From assembly GCA_049977145.1 (NCBI GenBank), contig JBMFGW010000004.1, forward strand, positions 4,791-68,790: 64,000 nt of DNA. The letters are read 5' to 3'. This DNA is from Phycisphaerae bacterium. GTDB lineage: Bacteria; Planctomycetota; Phycisphaerae; WQYP01. The first letter of the stretch is position 1, and each line of letters opens with the position of its first letter. The translations under genes and the position numbers were made by a program. The notes beneath the pieces were generated by a model. The model searched no databases, was not told the DNA's origin, and saw only the letters and a list, made by a program, of their open reading frames with translations. This document shows positions 20,885-31,504 of the stretch, one piece after another.

Positions 20885-21102
20885 TCCTGTCACTCTTGCA
20901 CAAGTTTCCCTCCCCCAACGACGTGCACCTTGCGGGGACTTTCAGTTTTCTCTTCCGGCGTAAATTCGCTTTACAGGTGAAGATAGATAGGGGGCAGTCG
21001 CGAAAGACTGGCCGAAGTCAAGTCGCATCGAAAAAGGCGGCCCAGGATGGGCCATAAATTCAAAGGCTGTCGTTGGTAACAGCCTGCGGCCATCCGGAGT
21101 CT

Positions 21103-21139
21103 TCCTGCTGCCATTATCGCGCCGATAATGGCAGCAGGA
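21103..21139. terminator. Perfect 16-17-bp stem / 3-nt loop hairpin between convergent genes
   Basis: CCTGCTGCCATTATCG-cgc-CGATAATGGCAGCAGG lies between the 3' ends of 20120-20884 (+) and 21166-22380 (-). No strong U-tract on either side. Confidence 0.45.
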
Positions 21140-21165
21140 TGTTGTAGTGGCATCGGATCCGCCCT

Positions 21166-22380
21166 TTATACCGTGGAATTGCGCTCGGGAATTACAATAC
21201 TTTGCGTCAAGCCTGGATCTTGCAGCAGTTGTCCGTGAATGGAATCCAACTGACCACAGAATAATTCCGGGCGCGCCAACTGCGCAAAAGCAGCTTTGGC
21301 CCCCGCACCGAGTTTTTCCCGCAAGGCCGGATTTTCCACCAGGGCGTTAAGCCGGGCCGCCAGTTCACGCGGATCGTCCGGCGGGGCCAGCAGGGCGCTA
21401 GTTCCATTTTCCAATAATTCACAGACTTGATCGGTCTTGGCGCTGACAATCGGTTTTCCCAACGCCATCGCCGCCAGCAGACTGCTGACGCCTGCGGCCC
21501 GCTTGGGCGCAAAGAGAAAAATATCCGCTGCCGCCGCCAATTGCCCCCATGTGTACCGGCTGGGCGCCACGACAATGAGTTGCGGGTCTTTTAAGGTGCG
21601 TGCAAAGGATTGGTAGCCAGCATAAGGATTCACCGCCTCTTTACGCGGCACATCATCGTTACGAATCAGCGCCCAAAGATCAGGATTGGATTCCGCGACA
21701 ATGCCAACGGCCCAGATGGCCAGATCATGTCGAATCGACTCTTCCGACCATCCCCCTAAAAACACGGCGGGACCTTCCCGTGCCTGCATTCCCAATGAGC
21801 GCCGCAGGTTTTCCGGTAGCGCTTTGACCACGGGAGCCAACCAGCCCGCCGGACTGACGCACGCCACGTTGTTGTGCGGGAGGCCAGCCGCCAGCAGCGC
21901 GGCGTGTGTGCTTTGCCACGGCGTAATGAAAAGCCAGCGGGCGCGACGAAGGTTACCGCGCAGTTGCCGCAATTGCGCGGCATCCGGCGAAGTCTGCAAA
22001 AAAGCGAGACGACCGCCCGAAAAACTGCGCAGGCGACTGGCCGCTGCCATGCTCCAATAACCCCAGGCATGGATATGGGTTGGATTATTCACCTTCACCC
22101 ATTGGGTCAGCGCCCGGCCCATAGTGGGGTCCCATCGCGCCAGCGTGCGGTTCCACGTGATAATATTTTTTTCAATGCCCGCTTCGATCGCCGCGCCCAG
22201 CCATCCATTATGGCCGAAAATTAAAACCTGGTGCTGTCCTGGCACGCCATGGACCGTCAGGGCGATAGTATCCAGCACATCCATGCCGCTGGTGGGATCG
22301 ACTAAATGCACAATACGATTCAAACGTCCATACTCCACACTGCGAAAAAACAACCGGATCACACCGGCAACCGCCCCCAT
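21166..22380 (-). CDS. Glycosyltransferase, GT4/GT1-type
   Basis: C-terminal GT-B donor-binding region (VVAPSRYTWGQ..., GKPIVSAKTDQVCELLENGTSALLAPPDDPRELA). Confidence 0.8.
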   Translation of the reverse strand: MGAVAGVIRLFFRSVEYGRLNRIVHLVDPTSGMDVLDTIALTVHGVPGQHQVLIFGHNGWLGAAIEAGIEKNIITWNRTLARWDPTMGRALTQWVKVNNPTHIHAWGYWSMAAASRLRSFSGGRLAFLQTSPDAAQLRQLRGNLRRARWLFITPWQSTHAALLAAGLPHNNVACVSPAGWLAPVVKALPENLRRSLGMQAREGPAVFLGGWSEESIRHDLAIWAVGIVAESNPDLWALIRNDDVPRKEAVNPYAGYQSFARTLKDPQLIVVAPSRYTWGQLAAAADIFLFAPKRAAGVSSLLAAMALGKPIVSAKTDQVCELLENGTSALLAPPDDPRELAARLNALVENPALREKLGAGAKAAFAQLARPELFCGQLDSIHGQLLQDPGLTQSIVIPERNSTV

Positions 22381-22394
22381 CGACCTTCAGACTT

Positions 22395-23507
22395 TCACCA
22401 CAGTATATCCGCCGCATTGAATACCGGGCCGTCCGTGCAGGCTAATTTGTAGACCCAGTCTGCCGCGCCTGCGGGACGGTACTTGATCACACAGCTTTGG
22501 CAGGTCCCCATGCCACACGCCATCGGCTGTTCCAGAGAGACGTAGCACGGTAAATGTACGCGTGCAGCCACCCCGGCGGTTGCCCGCATCATGGGCGTTG
22601 GTCCACAGCAAAATATAACGCCTCCGGTCCCAAGTCCTTGCCGCGCATACGCCTCCAGAGCCTCGGTTACCAAGCCTTTGTGCCCCAGGGAACCATCATC
22701 GGTCGCCACGATGCAGGGAAGGTCATAACGCGCAAATTCATGCACATTCAGCGTCGGATCCACGGTGACGGGGCCGGTGATTTCCAGCGGCATAAGGTCC
22801 GCACGCTGGGCACCAATGAACGCCAGAGCTTTGACGCCCAGCCGTTGGAGTTTTTCCGCCAGATAGATCATCGGCGGAATTCCCACCCCGCCCCCAACCA
22901 GCAAGGCCAAGCCCATATCCGCGGGCATGGGAAATTCCTTTCCCAATGGACCAAGTATTGAAATGGAATCGCCAATTTGCAGCGCCTGCATCCGTCCGGT
23001 GGCCTTGCCGATAACGCGATAGATCAGATCAATATCCGTATACCCGGCGGTAGGATCATCCCGCCGGCCCGCCAGGGAAAAGGGGCGGCGCAGAAAGGGT
23101 TGGGAACCCAGTAAATAGGGTTCATGAAAGCGCGGCGGCGGCAAGCCCGACTCCCAACTAAGTTCCCTAAGTTCCATTGTTTCAGCGAATGGTGCAAGGG
23201 GCGAAAGCTCGCTAACTGTGGCGGGAGAACATAAAACCTGCACAAATTGCCCCGGTTCGCTGGGCGGAAAATTTTTCACCCGCAGTGTTAGCCGATAATG
23301 TGCCCGGCACAGTAATTGATTCATCACCACTGTCGCTGCAAATTCGCCCCGCTTACGGAGTATCGGGGGCGGGACCGTGGGCAGCTGGTCTAAGCGACTC
23401 ATCATGGTAAAAAGCATACAACGTGTGCATGATACCCGCCAGCCATACAACGCGTTGCGAGTTGCGACCTCCACATAGCGGCCTGCCGCAAATTCCACCG
23501 CCGCCAT
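22395..23507 (-). CDS. PyrK-like FAD/NAD(P)-binding oxidoreductase with C-terminal 2Fe-2S cysteine cluster
   Basis: RPFSLAG FAD-binding motif, NAD-binding GGGVGIPP, and a C-terminal cysteine cluster (CYVSLEQPMACGMGTCQSC), as in dihydroorotate dehydrogenase electron-transfer subunits. Confidence 0.7.
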   Translation of the reverse strand: MAAVEFAAGRYVEVATRNALYGWRVSCTRCMLFTMMSRLDQLPTVPPPILRKRGEFAATVVMNQLLCRAHYRLTLRVKNFPPSEPGQFVQVLCSPATVSELSPLAPFAETMELRELSWESGLPPPRFHEPYLLGSQPFLRRPFSLAGRRDDPTAGYTDIDLIYRVIGKATGRMQALQIGDSISILGPLGKEFPMPADMGLALLVGGGVGIPPMIYLAEKLQRLGVKALAFIGAQRADLMPLEITGPVTVDPTLNVHEFARYDLPCIVATDDGSLGHKGLVTEALEAYARQGLGTGGVIFCCGPTPMMRATAGVAARVHLPCYVSLEQPMACGMGTCQSCVIKYRPAGAADWVYKLACTDGPVFNAADILW

Positions 23508-23579
23508 AATCCAATTTCTGTTGTGCGCTCCTCCAGCACCACAACGCCTTACATTGGTTGGTGTCCGCTTTGCTTGCGG

Positions 23580-26426
23580 TTATGGCGCCGCCTGCCGATA
23601 TTCCGCATAAACAGTATATGGTTCGATGGAGGCCGCGATAATTCGGGCGGGCTTATCAACAGCCCGCAGGCATAACGCGATGACATTTTTACCATCGGGT
23701 CTGGTGTCCAGCCAGCATTCCGGAAGATAATATTCCCGTTGTCCGCCATGTTCCCAAAAACGTCCATATTCATGGCCATTGACATAAATAAAGCCGGAGC
23801 CGGTGGCTTGAATTTTCAAACACCACGGCAACCAGATGTTCGCGTCCACCCGTGGCAAGGTAAATTCCAGGCGATGCCACGACAGTAATACCGCCGCGTC
23901 GTCACGCTCCGGCTCTCCGGGAAGTGTTTGTCGCGTCCATGTGGAATCATTAAAGTTTGGTTGCTGCCAACCCAGTTCCACACCGGTTGGCCGGGCCGCG
24001 AATTCCAGGGGTCCCGATAAACTGGACAAAGACTCCGCGTCCTGTGCGGAAATCAACTTAACTCCGCCCAAACCGCCGACGCCACCAATATTCTGCACAA
24101 ATACTGTGATGTTGTTTTTTCCGGCATGTAACAACGCTGCGGCGTCAAAAGACCATGATTGGGCCCAATTGTCGGTGGTGCCCAGTAGTTTTCCATTGAC
24201 GAAGATCCATCCGTTATCATCAATCCGACTGAAGTGCAACACCGTTTTATGCGCGGCCAGATCACGCGCGGTGATGGCGAGTGTAGTTCTAAACACCGCG
24301 TTGGAATTGGGGGTTGAAATTTGCGCAGCGCTTAGCGCCCCGGTACAGGTAACTTGACGCCAGCCAGTGGTGGATACATCCGCCCCGGCCCAAGTCGCGG
24401 CTTTTGGATTTTGCGACCATGCGACCGCTTTCATACGCCACGGATTGACCAGTTCCCCGCGCACCGTGGCCGGAACCATTGCCACAGCAAAAATTCCATA
24501 TACCGCCTCCATCCCCATGCCGCCATTGGGATGGCCACGATTTTCATATACCAGTGTGGCCGTATGCTCACCCGCAACAGGCGATTTTCCGGGCATGAAT
24601 AAAGCCTCGGATCCCAGCGCTGTTTTGGGGTACAGGACGTGACCATCCAACAGCGCTGTGGCACTATCGGAAGCATTCATCTGCGCCGCCAACACCACAC
24701 TTGAGACTTGCGGTGGCAGTGCGCGCAGATTCAGCTTCGCCCGATAGTAGCTCAAAGAACTCATGTAGACCCCCAACTCCGCCAGCGTTTGACCCGACCT
24801 GATGGATCGCCATTGCCGCGGTTCCGGATCGGCGGCGAATTTCACGGTGTGTATCTGTACCGCCGCGGGAAGATTCTTCGGGCGTTTTAGCTCTTTTTGA
24901 TCTTCCGGCAGCCATTGGCCAGCCGCGGCTGACGTAACGCCAGGGGGAATATAGAGAATTTTTGAACCGAACGGTTCCAGTTCATAGTTAAAATGGATCT
25001 GTCCAAAACCCGCAATGGCGGCGTGCGCAATGCCTTGGCGTGCGTGCCCATGCTGATCCGTCCGGATAAACAGATAGATACCGCCAGCGGCGGATTTTCG
25101 CGCCGCCAGATGAACATCGGCAAAACCAGTGCGCCCGGTCACCGCCACGGCCCGAGACTGCGTCAATTGCGGACCATGTTCTTTGAGCATGGCCGCCAGT
25201 GCTTTGACACGCAGATATTTGGCTCCCACGCCGCCATTTTCACGAATGGGCGCGCTGTAATCATACGATGTGGCGATACCCGCCGCGGGCCGCCCGCCGA
25301 AATTGGTACCACCAAAAAGCATGTAATAATTAATGGCCGTAACACCATTCTGAATACAAAATAATGTAAGATTGTTAATCTGTGGCGGAATAAGATCGGA
25401 GCGATAATGATCCACCCGCGTGCGCAACGGTGGCACATCGCCTACACCGCTAAACCATCCCCCTTGCAGTTCCGCCGTCATCAGCGGCGCATGCGTTTGG
25501 TGTTTTCGCATCCATTCAATGGCGCCCAGAACCCCATCGACACCCCAGCCCGGATAGAAATCCATGGTATCAAACACCTGCCGCAGCAGTGGATTTTCGG
25601 CACCCACCACACATTGGCCCCAATTAATAAACAGCGGTACTTCTATGCCATTTTTCAGAGCGCCGTTGACCAGTGACTCAATATAAGTCCGCTTCACCGA
25701 CAGCGGGAAATTCGGGAAATCATATTCATTTTCCACTTGGAAGATCATGACCCCCGGTTCGCCCGGGGCTTTTCGCGTGATTTGATGTTTGGCGATTACC
25801 GGACAAACGGCGTTGTACCAATGCCGGCTCCAAGCCATGAAAATTGGATTATCACTGCGCAGCCATTCGCCTTTGTATCCAACCGGTTTTTTGGTCAACA
25901 GCCATTGCGGAAATCCGCCGGTATCCCATTCAGCGCAAATGTACGGGCCGGGGCGAATGCTGACGTATAAGCCAAATTCCCGCGTTGCCATAGTCAACCA
26001 ATCGTCGAGATCGGTAAGATCAATTTTGGAATAATCCTCCAAGCCTGATGGCATTTCCATTTCATGCACATTCCACGCCACATAGGTCTGAACCGTATTG
26101 AATCCCGCCTCTTTTATTTTGGCGAAGCGATCCCGCCACGACGGTTTGGCGCAGCGATAATAGTGAAAGCTACCGCTGTACATGAAAAATGGTTTATCTT
26201 CCAAAATCAGGCTATGTCCGTCATAGCGAATGCGGTGTGGATGAAAAAAATGCCGCGCTGGAAGCGCTGCAGCCGCAGCCGATGCTGACTGTCGGTCCTC
26301 GCCCAGAGCCGTCGCCAGAGATAATACCCCGGCCAACTTTACAACATCCCGCCTATTCAATTGAGAAGATTTGTTTTTCATACCGCATTTCCTTGCAACC
26401 AGGCGTGTCAATGTGTCCGCTTTCAT
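23580..26426 (-). CDS. Glycoside hydrolase family 35 beta-galactosidase with Tat-type signal
   Basis: Twin-arginine-like leader (NRRDVVKLAGVL) and a GH35 catalytic region (FNTVQTYVAWNVHE...QVENEYDFPNF), followed by C-terminal beta-sandwich domains. Confidence 0.85.
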   Translation of the reverse strand: MKADTLTRLVARKCGMKNKSSQLNRRDVVKLAGVLSLATALGEDRQSASAAAAALPARHFFHPHRIRYDGHSLILEDKPFFMYSGSFHYYRCAKPSWRDRFAKIKEAGFNTVQTYVAWNVHEMEMPSGLEDYSKIDLTDLDDWLTMATREFGLYVSIRPGPYICAEWDTGGFPQWLLTKKPVGYKGEWLRSDNPIFMAWSRHWYNAVCPVIAKHQITRKAPGEPGVMIFQVENEYDFPNFPLSVKRTYIESLVNGALKNGIEVPLFINWGQCVVGAENPLLRQVFDTMDFYPGWGVDGVLGAIEWMRKHQTHAPLMTAELQGGWFSGVGDVPPLRTRVDHYRSDLIPPQINNLTLFCIQNGVTAINYYMLFGGTNFGGRPAAGIATSYDYSAPIRENGGVGAKYLRVKALAAMLKEHGPQLTQSRAVAVTGRTGFADVHLAARKSAAGGIYLFIRTDQHGHARQGIAHAAIAGFGQIHFNYELEPFGSKILYIPPGVTSAAAGQWLPEDQKELKRPKNLPAAVQIHTVKFAADPEPRQWRSIRSGQTLAELGVYMSSLSYYRAKLNLRALPPQVSSVVLAAQMNASDSATALLDGHVLYPKTALGSEALFMPGKSPVAGEHTATLVYENRGHPNGGMGMEAVYGIFAVAMVPATVRGELVNPWRMKAVAWSQNPKAATWAGADVSTTGWRQVTCTGALSAAQISTPNSNAVFRTTLAITARDLAAHKTVLHFSRIDDNGWIFVNGKLLGTTDNWAQSWSFDAAALLHAGKNNITVFVQNIGGVGGLGGVKLISAQDAESLSSLSGPLEFAARPTGVELGWQQPNFNDSTWTRQTLPGEPERDDAAVLLSWHRLEFTLPRVDANIWLPWCLKIQATGSGFIYVNGHEYGRFWEHGGQREYYLPECWLDTRPDGKNVIALCLRAVDKPARIIAASIEPYTVYAEYRQAAP

Positions 26427-26834
26427 CTATGTTCAAAATAGCCGCACGACGTTCTATTTTTATTGTCGCCATCCGCTGCGGCAAACCATCGCCCCGCCCA
26501 AGGTCGGGCTACCGACGGCACCGGACTGAACATGCTTATGGCTGCTTCCTTCCGGACCTGACCAGGTTCACAGTCAACCCGTGCATCGGGCCCGACCATG
26601 GCCGGGGCGCACAGACGATAATTTATGTATGATAGCAGCTTGCGGTGTAACTGGCCACCGCTTATCGCTTGCGTTGGGGAAAGCGTCATGGTCTTTTAGT
26701 TTTCCCCTTAGTCGGTCTTTTTCGTCTTCATGATATTCTGGGGCAGAACGATTTATTGGGAAATTTGATCAAGCCGCCCCTCGAAACTCCACGCAGCCGT
26801 GAAAACTAAAAGCCCCTGGTGGCGTTGCCAACCT

Positions 26835-26867
26835 TGAATCTGGCCGCCGGATAGCTATAATATCATT
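26835..26867 (+). promoter_or_regulatory. Sigma70-like promoter giving near-leaderless rhodanese mRNA
   Basis: TTGAAT (26835-26840), 15-nt spacer, TATAAT (26856-26861), with the ATG at 26868 only 6 nt downstream. Confidence 0.3.
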
Positions 26868-27230
26868 ATGAATTTGAATATGCTTTTATGGGTTGGCGCA
26901 ATTCTCTTGGTGTTTCTGGTGCTCAAACGCATCGGACTAATCTCGTTGCAAAAAGCGCGCTCGCATTTGAAAAATGGGGCGATACTGGTGGACGTGCGAA
27001 GTACATCCGAATTTAAGTCGCGGCGGCTGCCTGGTGCGGTGAATGTTCCGCTCAATGATCTCCATACCAGTGCCCGGCGTCACCTCCCGGATAAAAACAA
27101 GGTTCTGCTGTTACACTGCCATAGCGGCTCACGCAGTGCCATGGCCTGCCGCGCCCTGAAACAAATGGGTTACACCAATGTATTTAACTTGGGATCGCTC
27201 GGGCGGGCGCAACGCGTTGTAAATCAATAA
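26868..27230 (+). CDS. Rhodanese-like sulfurtransferase domain protein with N-terminal TM
   Basis: N-terminal TM helix and a rhodanese active-site loop (LLLHCHSGSRSAMA). Confidence 0.8.
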   Translation: MNLNMLLWVGAILLVFLVLKRIGLISLQKARSHLKNGAILVDVRSTSEFKSRRLPGAVNVPLNDLHTSARRHLPDKNKVLLLHCHSGSRSAMACRALKQMGYTNVFNLGSLGRAQRVVNQ

Positions 27231-27334
27231 TTGAAATAATTGTCACTCCTTTGAGGCGCTACTCTCACGCCATGTTTGACAGTTGCAGGGTTTTGGCCGT
27301 AGGCTTCATACACTATTGAAAGGTAGGAACCGCA

Positions 27335-28411
27335 ATGGCTGATACGGACAGACTTCCCCCCACCGTAGAAACACTGGCTGCCCATATTGGTGGAACCGTG
27401 GTGGGCGATAAAAATCGGCCCATTACACGCTGTAACGGGCTGTTATCCGCCGGCCCGGAGGAAATCAGTTTTCTATCCAACCATAAATACGCCGTCCACT
27501 TAAACACCACACGGGCCGGCTGCGTGGTGGTGGGCCGGGACTCTCTATCCATCAATCGCGCGGATAACTGGTCGCCCGCCCTGATTCAAACCGATGATCC
27601 CTATTATAGTTTCCGCCAAATACTGGTGCTGCTGCACGGTTTCCGCGAACATCCGGCCATGGGGGTCTCCCCGTTGGCGGTGGTGGCTAAATCCGCACGC
27701 CTGGGCACGGGCGTGAATATCCAACCCTTTGCGGTGGTGAGCGAAAATGTGCAGATCGGTGATAACACCAATATATATCCGCATGTTACCATTATGGCCA
27801 ACGCCCGCATCGGGCGGGATTGCATTCTTTATCCCGCGGCGGTGGTATATGACGACTGCGTGTTGGGGGACCGCGTGATTCTGCAATCCGGTGCGGTGGT
27901 GGGTTGTGATGGCTACGGATTCGCCACGCACCAAGGAATCCATCATAAAATTCCGCAAATCGGGAATGTGGTGCTCGAAGAGGATGTCGAGGTGGGCAGC
28001 AACACCGTCATTGAACGTGCGGCCATGGAGAGCACGCTGATCCGCAAAGGTACAAAACTGGGGAACTCTGTGGTCATTGGGCATAACTGCCGCATCGGTG
28101 AACATAATCTGCTGGTCAGTCAGGTTGGTATTGCCGGGTCGGCCAGCACCGGACATCATGTGGTAATGGCGGGGCAGGTGGGAGTGGCGGGGCATTTGCA
28201 TATTGGCGACATGGTGCGGGTGGCGGCACAATCGGGCATTGCGCACGATGTTGAGCCGAACCGGGATATTGGCGGTACACCCTCCATGGACCTCAAGCAA
28301 GCACGGCGAGTTTATCTGAATTTGATACAACTTCCCGACATGATCAAACGGCTGCGTGAAGTTGAATCCACACTGGAAGAATTAAAAAATAAATATCCCA
28401 CCGGATTGTGA
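27335..28411 (+). CDS. lpxD: UDP-3-O-acylglucosamine N-acyltransferase LpxD
   Basis: LpxD N-terminal domain followed by a left-handed beta-helix of hexapeptide repeats ending with a helix. Confidence 0.9.
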   Translation: MADTDRLPPTVETLAAHIGGTVVGDKNRPITRCNGLLSAGPEEISFLSNHKYAVHLNTTRAGCVVVGRDSLSINRADNWSPALIQTDDPYYSFRQILVLLHGFREHPAMGVSPLAVVAKSARLGTGVNIQPFAVVSENVQIGDNTNIYPHVTIMANARIGRDCILYPAAVVYDDCVLGDRVILQSGAVVGCDGYGFATHQGIHHKIPQIGNVVLEEDVEVGSNTVIERAAMESTLIRKGTKLGNSVVIGHNCRIGEHNLLVSQVGIAGSASTGHHVVMAGQVGVAGHLHIGDMVRVAAQSGIAHDVEPNRDIGGTPSMDLKQARRVYLNLIQLPDMIKRLREVESTLEELKNKYPTGL

Positions 28412-28427
28412 CTGGCCGGGCTTCCGT

Positions 28428-28461
28428 AAAAAAAGGGGGCGGATAGTAACTATCCGCCCCC
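28428..28461 (-). terminator. Rho-independent terminator for the porin gene (also closes lpxD)
   Basis: Perfect 12-bp stem GGGGGCGGATAG-taa-CTATCCGCCCCC (28435-28461). On the minus strand it is followed by a 7-nt U-tract (plus-strand A7 at 28428-28434). Confidence 0.6.
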
Positions 28462-28505
28462 GTGATCTCCGCGCTTGATTGCGCAGCCAATCGGCCCAAC
28501 GCAAA

Positions 28506-30038
28506 TTAGAACTTAACCTGCAGTTGTAGTTCCGTGACATAGTTGGCGTTGTTCACGTAAGTTTCCGCAAATTGACTGGTGAAGGCCGCCCGCGGTGTAT
28601 AGATTTCATCAAGCTGTAACTTCACATTGTTGCCGATGATGTAATAGTTTACACCTGCTTCGTAAGCGGTCATGATCGTATTTTCCCCAAGCTGATACAT
28701 CTGGCCATAGCTGGCCGCCAATTCCCATTTATGGGGAACGATGAAATAACCGGCCTGGAGGTAGTAAGCCAATTGTTGCACGCTGCTCTTGCCATAAATT
28801 TCCTGCAGCGATCCGGGATTGCTGGGTGTGCCGGGAGCCGCGCCAGGGGCGTCGTTTTCATCCTGATAGAACAGCACGGGGCTGAAGGCCAAACCGCGAT
28901 AGTGCATCTGCCAGTCGGCGGTGGCGCGATAGATATTCCCGGTGGGGACAAAGTTTCCCAGATAATTCCCTGTCTGAGGGTTGACCAGCCCCGCAATAAT
29001 GTCCGTGCTTTGTGGATTGGGGAAGGCTCCGGCGTTATGCGTCTGGCTGTCAAAATCAAACGCTACGCCAAGCATCCATTGCAGATGCTTGGACCAACGT
29101 AAGTCCGGTTCCATGGCGAAATCGGAAATCCGCGTACCTATTTGCCAGCGTGTGGCAAATCCCAGGCGGTTGTCCAGAGCGCCGCCCGTGGGGCCTCCGT
29201 CACCATTCGTGTTGGCACCGTTGTTGACCATGAACTCATAGTTGAGTTTGTTGGGGATGATGTCGCCATATACGCTGGCACCCATAGCCCGAGTGGGGTC
29301 AAATGGCCATTCCACAGAGTTAAAATCGACCATTTCCAAGCCGGAGGAAATATATTCAACATGCGTAAAAGGCACTAGATATGATCCGCCTTTTACCTGT
29401 AACCAATGCGTAAACTTATAGGCCACCCACAGGTCCTTCTCCGCGAAGAAATCGTTGTTCGAGCTTCCATTGCCACCGGCGAAATCACTTTGGATGAAGT
29501 ATGTCAGCCGCGGGCTGAACACATTTCCGGAGAAAATCAATCGCGCGTACCGGAAGCCAAACCCGTTGGCATCGCCATGCGGCGAAGCGGCGGTTCCAAC
29601 CGCCTGCACCGGTTGATACGCTCCGAATACGTAACGGTACTGAAAATATCCGTTAAACTGGAACTTGAAATTCTTGTCGGCGGTCTGGATGTAAAAGCCG
29701 TTATCGTAACCGGCCTGAAGTTGGTGTCCCGCGGACTGCGATTGCGTTTCGGAGTTTTTTAATACTGCCTGAACAATCGCCTTGACCTGTGCCGCGTCCT
29801 GCACATTTTCCTCGGTCTGCCGCTGTTTGGCCTTCAAAGCCGCCACTTCAGCCTGCAAGGACTGCAGCTCCACCTGCACCTGTGCGGGCGTCATGGTGCT
29901 GGTGGTGTCCTGGGGCGTCCCGGACGCAGCGGAGACCGTGCCGATCGCCGCACCCGCCAGACTTGCGCCCGCCAACAGCGCGGCCGCCAAGGCCCGCCGC
30001 CCCAACCGTTGGGATGTTTTTCCGATCCATGCTTCCAT
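28506..30038 (-). CDS. Putative outer-membrane porin (beta-barrel)
   Basis: Signal peptide, an N-terminal coiled-coil segment, alternating beta-strand pattern rich in Y/G/N, and a C-terminal ...LQLQVKF ending in Phe. Confidence 0.55.
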   Translation of the reverse strand: MEAWIGKTSQRLGRRALAAALLAGASLAGAAIGTVSAASGTPQDTTSTMTPAQVQVELQSLQAEVAALKAKQRQTEENVQDAAQVKAIVQAVLKNSETQSQSAGHQLQAGYDNGFYIQTADKNFKFQFNGYFQYRYVFGAYQPVQAVGTAASPHGDANGFGFRYARLIFSGNVFSPRLTYFIQSDFAGGNGSSNNDFFAEKDLWVAYKFTHWLQVKGGSYLVPFTHVEYISSGLEMVDFNSVEWPFDPTRAMGASVYGDIIPNKLNYEFMVNNGANTNGDGGPTGGALDNRLGFATRWQIGTRISDFAMEPDLRWSKHLQWMLGVAFDFDSQTHNAGAFPNPQSTDIIAGLVNPQTGNYLGNFVPTGNIYRATADWQMHYRGLAFSPVLFYQDENDAPGAAPGTPSNPGSLQEIYGKSSVQQLAYYLQAGYFIVPHKWELAASYGQMYQLGENTIMTAYEAGVNYYIIGNNVKLQLDEIYTPRAAFTSQFAETYVNNANYVTELQLQVKF

Positions 30039-30439
30039 AACCAGTTCTCCTTAAAAAGAGTCACAAAAAAAACGTCGCGGCGGCGATGGACGAAGCCGCC
30101 ACGACCCAACCACAAGGTGTGGGTGATTATGGCCAACGGTGTTAGGGATCCATGAGGAAAACATGGGGAATGTGTTAAAATCACGCCATCATGCGTGGCT
30201 TAACCAAACGCCAGCGCTATATTTGCGCCCCGCTAACATATAGTATAATATAAACATCTACAATACTAGATATATTAGTTTCTAACGTGGATCTTCGAAA
30301 CGCCAGGCGTTGCGGTGCGATGGCGGATCGCTATTAATTCTACAACGCTATCTAACCGGCCCGCGCGAATTTGGGAATGGCGATTCCAATGGCGCGCCCG
30401 GGGATTTTCCGGGGCTGCGGAGAAGCGCAGCGCCGGGGG

Positions 30440-31480
30440 CTAATAGCTGTGCGCATCCAACCTGGTTTTGTGGCGGAAAATCCAGTACACGTAGGTAGTG
30501 TAGCCGAGCACCAGCGGCATTCCAATGATGGCGATAATCAGCATAATGCCCAGCGTGTACTGGGAGGAGGAGGCCGAATAAATGGTCAGACTGTGCGCCG
30601 GATTGTTGGTGGCGTACACCAAATAGGGAAACAGCCCGATGGCAAGTGTGGCTAACAGCAGCGTGATGGCGGCAGCGCTGGAAATAAATGCTAAAAAATC
30701 ATTTTTCAGGGATATTTCGCGCGGCACATTGGCGATGGCGAGCATCATCAACAACGGCACGATAAACAGCGCGGGATGCAGGCGGAAAGCATCCGTTAAG
30801 CGTGGAAAATAAATCAGCGTCACCATGGTGGTGGCCACCGCGCAGATAATAAAGAAAACAATGGAGTTATTCACCCATTGGCGCACCCGGTCATGCAGAG
30901 CACCTTCGGTTTTCATCACCAGGTAAATCGAGCCATGCATCATGAACAATGCTACCGTCGTGACCGCGACCAGCAGCGCATAAGGATTCAACAGCGTGAG
31001 AATAGTGCCGGTGAAAGTTCCGGACGCGTTCAGCGGCACGCCCCGCGCGATGTTGCCGACAAATGCGCCCAGCAGAACCGCGGCCAGCAGGCTGCCGATA
31101 AAAAAGCATCCATCCCAGAGTTTGCGCCACCAGAGCATCGGCTCTTTGCTGCGGAATTCAATGGATACAGCGCGAAAAATCAGCGCCATCAAAAGCAGCA
31201 TAAAAACAAGGTAAAATCCGGAAAATACGGTGGCATACATATCCTTAAAAGCCGCGAACATGGCCCCGCCGGCGGTTACCAGCCAGACCTCGTTGCCATC
31301 CCAGACCGGGCCGATGCTGTTAAGCAAAATGCGCCGATCCTGGTCATCTTTGGCGAATAAATGCAGCATTCCCACGCCGAAATCAAAACCATCCAAAATG
31401 GCGTAACCGGCCAAAAGAACCCCCAGCAGGATAAACCATGTAATTTGCAGAGCCATAAACAGTCCTATCAGTAATGACAA
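30440..31480 (-). CDS. cydB: Cytochrome bd ubiquinol oxidase subunit II
   Basis: Polytopic membrane protein immediately downstream of cydA, with a CydB-like N-terminus (MSLLIGLFMALQITWFILLGVLLAGYAILDGFDFGVGML). Confidence 0.9.
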   Translation of the reverse strand: MSLLIGLFMALQITWFILLGVLLAGYAILDGFDFGVGMLHLFAKDDQDRRILLNSIGPVWDGNEVWLVTAGGAMFAAFKDMYATVFSGFYLVFMLLLMALIFRAVSIEFRSKEPMLWWRKLWDGCFFIGSLLAAVLLGAFVGNIARGVPLNASGTFTGTILTLLNPYALLVAVTTVALFMMHGSIYLVMKTEGALHDRVRQWVNNSIVFFIICAVATTMVTLIYFPRLTDAFRLHPALFIVPLLMMLAIANVPREISLKNDFLAFISSAAAITLLLATLAIGLFPYLVYATNNPAHSLTIYSASSSQYTLGIMLIIAIIGMPLVLGYTTYVYWIFRHKTRLDAHSY

Positions 31481-31504
31481 CCCGACCGTATGTAGACATT
31501 ATTC

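Noticed and set aside
27545-28330. 261-aa minus-strand ORF opposite lpxD
   Set aside because: His-rich nonsense translation antisense to a beta-helix hexapeptide-repeat gene. Such repeats generate long antisense ORFs.
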